From Leucoraja erinacea (taxonomy: Eukaryota): a stretch of 64,000 nt of DNA. A program made the translations under genes and the position numbers. Under the pieces are notes generated by a model. It was not told where the DNA came from, ran no database searches, and saw nothing but the letters and a program-made list of their open reading frames with translations. Positions 22,469-33,596 of this stretch are shown piece by piece. Each line of letters begins with the position of its first letter. Positions within the stretch are counted from its first letter, which is position 1. Location: the NCBI RefSeq assembly GCF_028641065.1, contig NC_073385.1, positions 41,416,001 to 41,480,000 of the forward strand. Direction: 5' to 3'.

Positions 22469-25400
22469 GCCACTGTTCAACTTTCTTTCAAACAAAGTTG
22501 TATCTTTGTAGCACATTTTTATTTTATACAATATGTTTTCCAACATGACTGAATACAGGTTCACAACCAAAATATTTTTTAATTGCTCAGAAATTTGCTT
22601 GTTGAATGTTCCCAACAAGTTTGTTTGGAGAAATAACTCAACTTTAAACTATATTTTTCAGGGGTGTATGTTTAGTGCAAAATTCAACTTTTCAACCATC
22701 ATGATGTCAGAAGAAAATTATTGTAGCAGGCAGTTAGCACAAGAGTTTTATTTTATGTGTTTGAATAGGACTTGAATAGGTACATTATTTTTTTAAATCG
22801 TGTTAGGTGAGGGACAGCACAGTGGATATCAAAATGATCCAGAGTAATCATTCTAAACATTATGAAATTAAACATTTTTGCATCGTCCACTGCTGTCCTG
22901 TCCTCTTTCTCCCTTTTATTTCAAAGCACTAATAGAGTTGAATTGTGTAGCATTTCAGGTCTTTTATTCTGTTAGTTTCTCGTAATAATTATCTTAGCAT
23001 AAATCCACTTGCCAATGCCTCAGTACAAGGAAACCTTACAATTTTTAAATACGGCCTGCGTTCCATGTCGAGACATGGTTCCTTGGCAAAACCTATTCCT
23101 GATACCATGAACTGAGTGATTGGGTGAATCTTTCTTCATGTGTCTACAAACATTGTCTGATTTTTTTTGTTTGTTGTTATTGTCATTCCAGTAAGGCTTA
23201 TGTGGCCTTAAGACGATCCTTCCATTTTTCTGTCTCGACGAGCATGTGCTCCAATGATAATGTTCATTAACTTAATGGAGAAGCCAATCTTCTGTACCAG
23301 GGCATTAAATATTCAATTCTATTTTATAAAAATGTGATTTTTTTAACATTGAAGGCAGTTTTTATTGGGTGATGTTTTATATGATGTAAGAACTTGATTA
23401 ATTAATTCTAACCTTACAGCAGTCACAAAAGATGTGTATGTTATTTGTGTTGCGTGTATTTCTATATTGATCATTCTGAAATTAAATGTAGCTAATGTTG
23501 CTTTAAGCAAAAGTTTAATAACTCCCAGTTATTTTGGGGTAACAATTTAAATAATTTATCCAAATAAAAACAAATACATTTGTTTGGAGTGCACATTGGA
23601 CACACACATGCATTACTTGTCAGTTGTTCCTTAGTTCTGTTTTGAGTATTTGCATCTAAACTGTTTTATCCAAATTAAAATGTTTTGTAAATGGAATTCT
23701 ACGAGCCTTTAAATGTAATTGGCGGATGGTGATTTTGCATTTGGGCATTGTAACTGGCTCAGTTAATCATGAGTTACATCAAATGCTAATTATCTTTTTA
23801 ACTCACCATTAATGTAGTTAGATTAAGGTGTTGAATATGATTAAACTGAAAGATGGTGTGGTAACTGGTTATTGGCATTGGGTGAAATTACAGTGTTTCT
23901 TCTTATACACTGATTCTTGATTATCATTGTGTGCTTTGTCTTGGTAGACACAAATGTTAAAAATGTTTTATACTGGTAGTTCCTGAAAAGTACACATGTT
24001 AAAGATTTGATTTGAAGTTGTATGACACTACTTTTAGTTACTATAATTTCAAGATATTTGGTATATTTAGTTGGCGTTTTTTTAAACCCAGAAGTACTGC
24101 TAAATCACAGAAAATGTAAAATGAAGAAAGATCTGTTCAATATCTTTAACCATGGAAATGGATGATAAACCTTTTGCCATTAAAGAATGTCTATTTTTAG
24201 TGGAAACGCAGCTACCGTTGCATCCACTTAAGATAAAAATTAAATGGATACGATCTGGAGTATGATTCTGACTGTAACCAGTTGCAGTTTGGTGAATTAA
24301 TGTCCCTTTGAATGTGTTGGGTTCATAATGTATTTGTGTTTTAAAACAATTTAATTGGATGATTTATCCATAAATTGTAAATAGATTTCTTTCCAATGGG
24401 AAAAGAATCAATTCTCTTTCATCTTGAAGTATTTTTATAATTTTATATTGTAGAATTGACTGTTACTTAAGTAAAATAAAATATGAATGTGAAAATGTTT
24501 TACAGTGTGATCTCCATCCATTTTCGAAATTTAGAGGTTATGAAAAGGAATAAACAGCAACAAATGAAGGAAGGAATTTTTTTTTGGAACTTTACCTTGG
24601 TTTACCTTAGAAGAAACAAAGAGAATGATTTATGTAGTATTTTTCATGCAGGTATTGTCAGAATGGAGAAGTACAAAGACTATTTCCAAATATTACGACT
24701 TACTGTTATTTGTCAATAGTAAAATGTTCCTTTGTGTGTTATTGGGGTTCCTCCAATTGTATCTTTCTTGGATCTAATTTATTCTGACTTCTTTAGTTTC
24801 GCTCTGGAGCAGAGAAAACATTTGTTTTACTTGGACTGATTCCAATTCCTTGCAATTACTATTTAGAAAGATTTGCAGAGTTTTTTCAAAAAATAACCCG
24901 TCTTTCCCAACTATTTTCTTTATGTCTTTACCTTGACCCTCCCCTCCACCCACCTGGCTGCATCTCCTGCTTCTTCCCTCATCGTTTTCCACCTATCACT
25001 CACTGGCTGTCTCCCAACTCCTCCCATACCCAGCTCCATCTGCCCATCACCCGCACCACCCCTCCTCGCCTGGTGCAACATATCCCCTTCCAAACACTGC
25101 CTCGTCCCTGCCACTCGCCTCCATACCCGCTATCTCACCTTTACACTCTGTCGTGAAAGCATGGTCTCGACCCGAAGTATCAACCATTTCTCTCTACAGA
25201 TGCTGCCTGATTCGCTGGATTCCTTCAGCGTTTTTCCTTAAGCAAAAGGAATTTTAAATGTTGATACCTTACTAACACATCCAAAGTACAAATTCAGGAA
25301 TTGAAGCTGTCCTTATTGTCTTAAGAGAAGACTACTATTATTGTAGACTGCCGAATGGCAATAGCTTCTTCCTGCTTTGACTGGAGGATGTAAGAAATGA

Positions 25401-26729
25401 AATGGAAGTAGATACAGGCCATTTACCCCCTCAGTCATTCAGTAAGATTATTTGATCTTTGAGGTTGGTACCATTTAATCACGCTTTCCCTGGATTCCTT
25501 GAATATACTTAGCAACCAAGCCTCCACATTGCTCATGAGTAAAGAATTGGCAACAGGTGAAAATAGCAAACTCCACACAAGCGGCACACAGGTCTCTGGC
25601 GATATGAGGCAGCAGCCCTTGCAGCTGCACTTATAAGTTATCTTATCTCTTCACTCAAAAGCACATGTTTAAATTGTTAGTTTTTGTCCCTTTTTTTGTG
25701 ACTGAGCTGTGCTGAATTTAGACTTCTGTATGATCAGTTTCGTACTTTTCCATCAACATCCAGTGATTGTTGTTCAGATGTTTCCATCTTTCCAGTGCTC
25801 AATCGTTTGTTCTGCCAATTTTATTTTACCAATAATTTGTTTTGTCAACCGTCCCTTGTTATAATACTCTAGTTTTGAAAATCATATCCTCGTACTGTGC
25901 TTTTGCAGATGTAATTAATGTTTTGCTTCTGGTTATCTACATGTCTATCTGAAAGTCATCAACTGTGGTAGTTGTTTAAACAATGTATTGATGTGTTGCT
26001 CTTTAACAATAATAATCAAATGACTAAGGTTATATAAGAAACATTATTTTTAAAGGACACAAAAGGTCCCGACCTGATGCATCATCTATCCTTGTTCTCC
26101 AGAGATAATGCCTGACCTGCTGAATTACTCCAGCACTTTATGTCTTTATTTTATAAATCAGCATCTGCAATTCCTTGTTTCTACATTTTGACTGCTGCAT
26201 TGTGAAATCTCATCGGGGTATGCTTACTTTGAATAAGTTCTCCGATACCCTCTCTCACTGCTCCCCCTCTCATTCGTGCTACTCTCTTTTTTGTTAACCA
26301 GCATATAGCTCCTTGTTTCAGCATTCCTTTAGGCTTGTCTATGTGCAATATTAACACAGTTTCTTACAAATTATCACTATATTGGCAAGCCTCTCTGTAG
26401 ACACCAACTTGTTTCTAATTGGCTCTACAGTGCTGTAACAATATTAGTGAAAAACATTTAAATTGTTGGACTCCAGTAAGTCTTCAGGAAATAATCATGC
26501 AATTATTTTGTTGTTGCACTTGATTTACAGAATCTTAGGACTTCACTAAGGATGGTGAGACTGAACATTCTTGCTTTGATATGACCAAACATGTGGATAA
26601 AGACCAAAATATAAGATGATATAAGATCTTTTGTCCACGATAGATCAAATTTCAATGCCATTTTGTAAATTTATCTCCAGCATTTATTGAAGCCATAAAT
26701 ATCTTCACCAATAAAAAAAAGCTGCATTT

Positions 26730-27285
26730 CAGATTCAGATTCAATTTAATTGTCATTGTCAGTGTACAGTACAGAGACAACGAAATGCATTTAACATCTC
26801 CCTTGAAGAGCGACATAGCAAACGATTTGAATAAATAAATAATAATAATAAGTGTCCGGGGGGGGGGGGGGGGGGGGGGGGGTGGTGTGATTGGCAGTCA
26901 CCGAGGTACGTTGTTGAGTAGAGTGACAGCCGCCGGAAAGAAGCTGTTCCTCGACCTGCTGGTTCGGCAACGGAGAGACCTGTAGCGCCTCCCGGATGGT
27001 AGGAGGGTAAACAGTCCATGGTTGGGGTGAGAGCAGTCCTTGGCAATACTGAGCGCCCTCCGCAGACAGCGCTTGCTTTGGACAGACTCAATGGAGGGGA
27101 GCGTGGAACCGGTGATGCGTTGGGCAATTTTCACCACCCTCTGCAATGCCTTCCGGTCGGAGACAGAGCAGTTGCCATACCATACCGTGATGCAGTTGGT
27201 AAGGATGCTCTCGATGGTGCAGCGGTAGAAGTTCACCAGGATCTGAGGAGACAGATGGACCTTCTTCAGTCTCCTCAGGAAGATT
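26730..27285 (-). mobile_element. Rex1/Babar-type LINE 3' fragment
   Basis: NFYRCTIESILTNCITVWYGNC..ALQRVVK..LLPSGRRYRS; tail (TCTGAA)n. Confidence 0.8.
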
Positions 27286-29612
27286 CAATACCCCAAACGT
27301 AATAAATAGTGAAAAGCTAAAGTTTACTTGTAGAAAATATATTTTAAATATTACAGTATTTACATGTTGTATTTCATGCACAGTATTGAGGGATTTTATA
27401 ACACAAAGTTATTAGTAATTACGTTGGAGCCCTAAATGGCTTTTGTGTTACTGAAGAACTCCCAACGTCATGGCTGTTGACATATTGCTTGGCCTCCTAC
27501 ACTCTTTCACCATCTGTATTTTAAGCTCTATTTTCTGCTGCATCTCTGACTGGTGCTTTCCCCTTGAAACTTAAACTTCCAAACCAGAATGGCCTCATGT
27601 TTGCAATTAATTTGAGGGGTAGATAGGATAGAAAGTCAGAACCTTTTTTCTCCACGGTGGAAGTGGCCAACTCTGAAGGGCATAACTGTACGGTTAGAGG
27701 GGGAAAGTTTAATGGAGATCTGCAGGGCAAGTTTTTTTTTTTGACACATTGGTTGGGGGGGGGGGGGGGGGGGCAGGAATACACTGCCAAGGGCGGTGGT
27801 AGAGGCAGATACCATTGTGGTGTTTAAGAGGTTTTTAGATAGGCACATAGAAATGTAGGGAATAGAGGGATATGGATCACGTGCAGGCACCTGAGATCAA
27901 TTTAACTTTGCATCATGTTGGGCACACACATTGTGGGCCAAAGGGCTCATTCCTGTGCTGTACAGTTCTAATTAACCTGTCTATCTGCAGTCCATTTTCA
28001 TCAAACCAGATTTGGATGTCAACTATAGGAGACTTTGGGGAAAGCTGGAAACTGGTCACTTTACAGCATCTTTCGGTTGGAAATTGACAAATTGTTAGGT
28101 GATGAGAAGAGTCCAACCTTGTGGACTGTAAAGAGCTTTGACATTGACCTTCCTGATACAAGACTTTCATTTATGCTTTAAGTAGAGATAATAAATATAT
28201 TGGGCAGTGGTCAGCCCAGCAGTGGTGGGTGCCTGTTGTGGAATGTATGATGCAGACATCTTGATCTGTCACTTGAATTATAATAAAATAGAGCAGGTGT
28301 CGCAACTTGAATGAGAGTTGTTGATCTGTTGTGTTGCTCCCTCCGACAAAATTACATCTTGATAATGACAGGGTTGTGTTCCAACTATTTTATCAATGGA
28401 AAAACCTTGCTGGAGTTGGCCTTCCTTGCTCATTTCTTGCCAGAGATTCACATCCCTCCCCTGCCACTCCCTCCTCCTGCTGGTGTTGTGGTAATGTTGG
28501 GGGATCAGTTTCTCTTCCTTTGGATCGTGGATAAGGATATTTGAAGGTTGTGGCTGAAGTAATGAGCTTCAGCTGAAGCTTCAGGGTTTTTAGTTGAGTT
28601 GTGAAAAGGGCTTTTGAAGGTCAAGGCCGCACATCTGCCACAACATTTATGTTTGCTGTCTACCTTTGTGCTTCAGAGATGTGGGGCATTTACAGATGGC
28701 ATCTTGGGGTAAAAATACCCCCAATGTTTCTATCCAAAACCTTCAATTGATTAGTGAATCAATATAATTAGTGTCTGCTGAGTACTATTTAAACATATTG
28801 TTGTGTTGCTGCAAGAAAGAAATTCATTGTTTCGGTTTGGGACTTGCAACAATACCATTCTTGACTCATTGTCCTCTTTCAGGTCAACACCCCATATAGT
28901 GTGGACCAAGTCATTACTAAGTCTGCTTTTCAATAAATTTCAAACATGATTTAACAAGTGCAAAATAAAGGCTTGAAGTACATGAGGTTGATGAAATATT
29001 ACTTTAAAAAACCCATCTTATTTTGTAAGATCCGAGTTAATTATAATGACCACATAAAATTATTAGCCCAAAAGCTATTAAGGAGACCTTTGACCTATCT
29101 TTAATCGGATTTTATCGGACTGCAGTGTTCTATCTTGTACTAAATGTATCTAGTCTTCATCTGCACCGTGAACCGTTCATTCATAGTCTCCTTTAACAGA
29201 ATAGCACGCAAACAAAAGCTTTTCACGGTATCTCGGTACGCATGCCATCAATAAACGAAAACAAATATGGCTTTTATTCAAAATGTCATTTGAATCTGCC
29301 TTATGCATCATAACCGTATTTTCTGGGATTGGGTTGAATTTTACATAGCTTGGCTTCATATTTCCCCTGGATGCTGCTTACCCGCTGATCCAGCGCTTTG
29401 TGTCTTTTTTTTATAAACCGACAGCTGCAGTTCCTTGTTTCTAATTGACTTCTTAGTTCCCTGATTCGTCCACAGTGAACATACGATGGAGGTGAAAAAC
29501 AAGATTTCTTAACTTTGCAGTCTGTGTAGGAGAGCTTTCTAAAGCACGTCATGTAATTGAATATGTCCGATTCCAAGGCAGGCAAGCTTTGAGAACGCGG
29601 AGATCTAGAAAT

Positions 29613-29635
29613 CAAAGATACTAGTAGTATCTTTG
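29613..29635. mobile_element. 23-bp palindromic micro-insertion with 8-bp TSD (hAT-like)
   Basis: CTAGAAAT|CAAAGATACTAGTAGTATCTTTG|CTAGAAAT. Confidence 0.6.
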
Positions 29636-29762
29636 CTAGAAATCCCCAAATCCCGGTGAGATTTGGTTTCGCTCCTCTAGTATCTTTGGTTTTGCTACAT
29701 CTCCTGTTTCCGGAGGAAGTTGCATTTGTAGCCCTATCTTTGGCCCTTACCCTTTGACTTCA

Positions 29763-29852
29763 ATGGCGGCTCGTGTGGTGTTGCAGCAATGTCTTTCGGC
29801 TCGGCTGCAGGTGAAGCCGGCAGAAGAAGGCACAGCGGCTGAATACGTTCAG
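29763..29852 (+). CDS. DTD2: DTD2 (D-aminoacyl-tRNA deacylase 2 / ATD) exon 1
   Basis: MAARVVLQQCLSARLQVKPAEEGTAAEYVQ|gt; upstream ETS-like CCGGAGGAAGT. Confidence 0.9.
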
Positions 29853-30065
29853 GTTCTTGGCGTTGATGGCTGGGATTGCCTTTCCTTACAGCTGGGCGTA
29901 CTGTTGCTCTTGATTTCTCGTGGAGTGGGAAATGAGGCATCGTGTCGGAATATTCTCCCTCCTCTGGGCCGTCGGTTATAACCCGTATTTCATCTTTCAT
30001 TTGAAGTTCATTTGTGAAGGAAGAATTTATATCATATTTTGAATAGTTATTTCCCTATTTTACAG

Positions 30066-30135
30066 ATAGAAAGGGGGACGTTGATCTACGTTTGTTTTTT
30101 TAAAGGTGCAACCGTAGACCTAATCCCCAAAATGT
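30066..30135 (+). CDS. DTD2: DTD2 exon 2
   Basis: tacag|[23 protein letters not shown]|gtgagt; 70 nt. Confidence 0.93.
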
Positions 30136-30654
30136 GTGAGTACACGGTATATTAATGATACATATTTGCAGCTTTGAATAAGTTGGGTACATTTGCAATA
30201 ATAATAGTCCCACCAGCCCAGGTTAGGCCCATGTCTCTCTAAAACTTTCATATCCATGTAGCTGCCCAAATGTCTTTTAAATGTTATCGTACCTCACTCA
30301 ACTATTTCCTCTGGCAGTTTGTAACGTATACCCACGTTGCCCCTCAGGTACTCTGGGGGGAAAAAATGTGTGCTTTCTCCCTATTAATTCCCCTCATGAT
30401 TTTACTTACCTAGAAAAGATCACCTTTAAGCCTCCTGTGCCGAAAATAATATATTTCTAGTTGCCCAAGCTCTCCCAATAGCTCAGGTCCTGAACTCCAG
30501 ACAAATGCTCATGGAATTATCTCTGCACTCTTTCCAGTTGAAAGGCAAATTTCCTAGAGCAGAAATTGAACCAAAATCAAACACACTATTCCAAGTGGAA
30601 TCTCACCAATGTCTGCACAACAGAAACGTAATGTCCTAACTTCTCTACTCTGTT

Positions 30655-30879
30655 TCAGAGGGAACAGCAGATGCTGGAGAATCGAAGGTTACACAAAAAA
30701 GCTGGAGAAACTCAGCAGGTGCAGCAGCATCTATGGAGCGAAGGAAATAGGCAACGTTTCGGGCCGAAACCCTTCTTCAGACCCTTCTGAAGAAGGGTTT
30801 CGGCCCGAAACGTTGCCTATTTCCTTCGCTCCATAGATGCTGCTGCACCCGCTGAGTTTCTCCAGCTTTTTTGTGTAAC
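30655..30879. mobile_element. Penelope-terminus near-perfect hairpin insertion with 15-bp TSD
   Basis: Arms of about 98 bp (30684-30781 and 30786-30883, one mismatch) with an HHR-like motif on each strand; TSD CTTCTCTACTCTGTT at 30640 and 30880. Confidence 0.85.
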
Positions 30880-31179
30880 CTTCTCTACTCTGTTCCCTGA
30901 TTGATGAAGACCAGTGTGCTCATAGTCTTCTTCACCACCCTATCCAGCTGCGATACCACTTTCAGGAAAGTTTATACAGGCACCTCGCTTTTTACTCATG
31001 CTTGATTTACACGTTTTTAGAATAATGGGTCTTAATTGCTACCAAAGTTTTAATTTACCTGCTCATATTTTCGGAATAACCATAAATTTATGTCTGGCAG
31101 TGTCCTGTCATCTACCAGTCCTTGCCATCATACTGCTGACCAACATATTCCACAAACAAGTACAAATGGTCAGTAGTCC

Positions 31180-32689
31180 ATTTTGTTTCGTTACAGCCTT
31201 ATTCTAAAATGAATTAAATTCTTTTTTTTTTATCATCAATCTACACACAATACCTCATAATATAAAAGTGAAAACGGGTGTTTAGACATTCATTTAAAAG
31301 AAATAACTGAAATATCACATTTACATAAGTATTCAGACCCTTTGCTATGACTCTCAAAATTGAGCTTCGGTACATTGATTATCTTTAAGATGCTTCTACA
31401 ACTTGATTGCAGTCCACAAGTGGTAAATTAAATTGATTGTTCATAATTTGGAAAGGCACACACCTGTCTACATAAGGTCCCGCAGTTGACAGTGCACATC
31501 AGAGTAAAAACCAAGCCATGAAGACAAAGGAATTGTCCTTAGACCTCCCAAGACAGGATTTTGTCGAGGCACAAATCTGGGGAAGGGTATAAAACAATTT
31601 CTGCAGCATTGCAGGTCCCGAAGAGCACAGTGGCCTCCGTCATTCTTAAATGGAAGAACTTTGAAACTTCCAGGACTCTTCATCGAGCTGACCGCCCGTC
31701 CAAACTGAGCAATCGGGGGAGTAGGAGGTGACCAAGAACCTGATGGTCAGTCTGACAGAGCTCCAGAGTTCCTCTGTGGAGATGGGAGAAACTTCCAGAA
31801 GGCAACTACATCTGTAGCACTCCACCAATCAGGCCTTTATGTTAGTGGCCAGACGGAAGCCACTCCTCAGTAAAAGGCACATGACAGCCCACTTGGAGTT
31901 TGCCAAAAGGCACCTAAACAAGATTCTCTGGTCTGATGAAACCAAGATTGAACTATTTGGCCTGAATGCCAAGTGTCACGTCTGGAGGAAACCAGGCACA
32001 GTTCATCATCTGGCAAATACCATACCTACGGTGAAGCATGGTTGTGGCAGCATCATGGTGTGAGATGTTTTTCAGCGGCAGGAACTGGGAGACTAGTCAG
32101 GATCGATGAATGGTGCAAAGTACAGAGAGATCCTTGATGAAAACCTGCTCCAGAGCGTTCAGGATCTCAGACTGGGGCAGAAGTTCACCTTTCAACAGGC
32201 CAACGACCCTAAGCAAACAGCCAAGACAACGCAGGAGTGGTTTTGTGACAAGTCTGAATGTCCTTGAGTGGCCCAGCCAGAGCCCAGATGAACCCGATTG
32301 AATATCTCTGAAGGGACCTGAAAACAGCTGTGCATCGACGCTCCCCATCCAACCTGACAGAGCTTGAGAGGATCTGTAGAGACGAATGGGTGAAATTACC
32401 CAAATACAGGTTTGCCAAGCTTGTAGCATCATGCCCAAGAAGACTTGAGGCTATAATTGCTGCCAAAGTTGCCTCAACAAAGTACTGAGTAAAGGGTCTG
32501 AATACTTATGCAAATGTTATATTTCAGTTATTTATTTTTAATTACTTTGAAAAAAATTCTACATCTGTTTTCACTTTTTTATTATTGGGTATTGTATAGA
32601 TTGATGATAAAAATGAATTGAATCCATTTTAGAATAAGGCTGTAACGTAACAAGATGTGGAAAAAGTGAAGGGGTCTGAATGAACTGTA
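31180..32689 (+). mobile_element. Tc1/mariner transposon with a degenerate DDE transposase
   Basis: ATG 31518 MKTKELS; WSDETKIELFG; TVKHGCGSIMV; WPSQSPD; long inverted termini (GTTACAGCCTTATTCTAAAATG / CATTTTAGAATAAGGCTGTAAC; AGTATTCAGACCCTTT), right end CTGTA. Confidence 0.9.
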
Positions 32690-32734
32690 CTTGTATATCA
32701 GTGGCAATGTTAAATCTACAAAATATTATTTATA

Positions 32735-33085
32735 GCAGCACTGTGGCGCAGCAGTAGAGTTGTGCCTTGCAGCGCCAGAGACCCTGGCTACAGATACTAT
32801 CTGTATGGAGTTTGTACCTGCTCCCTGTGACGGTGTGGCTAGTGCTAGCAGTGGCGGACTGGGTCTAAAAATATTGGTTGCCAGGAGACAAAGGGGGCCC
32901 ACTTCATCAGGGGCCCACATGATATAGGGGACCCACTTCATCAGTGGCCCACTTGCCATCGGGCAAGCTGACACCCTGGCCAGTCCGCCACTGAGTGCTA
33001 GTGTACGGGGGTGATCACTGATCGGCGTGGACTCAGTGGGCCGAAGGGCCAGTTTCCACAATGTATCTCTAAAGTCTAAAGCTGA
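32735..33085 (+). mobile_element. tRNA-derived SINE interrupted by an hAT MITE
   Basis: GTGGCGCAGCAGTAGAG..TGTATGGAGTTTGTAC..GGGCCGAAGGGCC..(CTAAAG) tail. Confidence 0.7.
32849..32993. mobile_element. 145-bp hAT-type MITE
   Basis: 14-bp TIRs CAGTGGCGGACTGG / CCAGTCCGCCACTG; perfect 8-bp TSD AGTGCTAG. Confidence 0.88.
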
Positions 33086-33270
33086 CACAGAGTTTAATTG
33101 GAAATAATAAATAATTTTTCCAAGTAAATTTGGTTAATCCCCCAAAAATTAACCCTTGATCTAATTCAAATTGTTTGCATTAAATATTTTACAGTTAAGC
33201 AGTTTATTTGTATGATGAAATCAAACTGAAAAGTGTTTAGATTTTACCTACAATATTTTCCCTTCTGCAG

Positions 33271-33596
33271 TTAAATCGTTGCTGAATGTGAGACTCTGTG
33301 AGGATAATGAAGGTAATCACGTGTCTGTGCTGGATCTACCGGCTAATGTTCTCATCATACCTCAGGCTACTTTGGGTGGTAAACTCAAGGGACGGGCCAT
33401 GCAATACCATGACAATATTGGAAAGGAGGATGGCAAAGAGCTTTTTGCACAGTTTGTAGCTCACTGCGAAAAAGAATTGGCCTCGAACAGTAAATGTGCT
33501 GAAGTTGGAGTTGTGGTCAAACATGGAACATACGGAAGTCGACAAGTGTTGCAAATCGACACCAATGGCCCATATACACACTTGATTGAATTTTAA
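33271..33596 (+). CDS. DTD2: DTD2 exon 3 (terminal)
   Basis: ctgcag|..[49 protein letters not shown]; total CDS 486 nt (161 aa). Confidence 0.95.

Noticed and set aside
17800-29600. Harbinger DDE transposase partner or TIRs for the Myb/SANT gene
   Set aside because: No HARBI1-like motifs or terminal repeats were recognisable by eye.
22469-29762. GPR33-like receptor expected from mammalian synteny (from memory)
   Set aside because: No 7TM-like ORF or recognisable remnant was seen.
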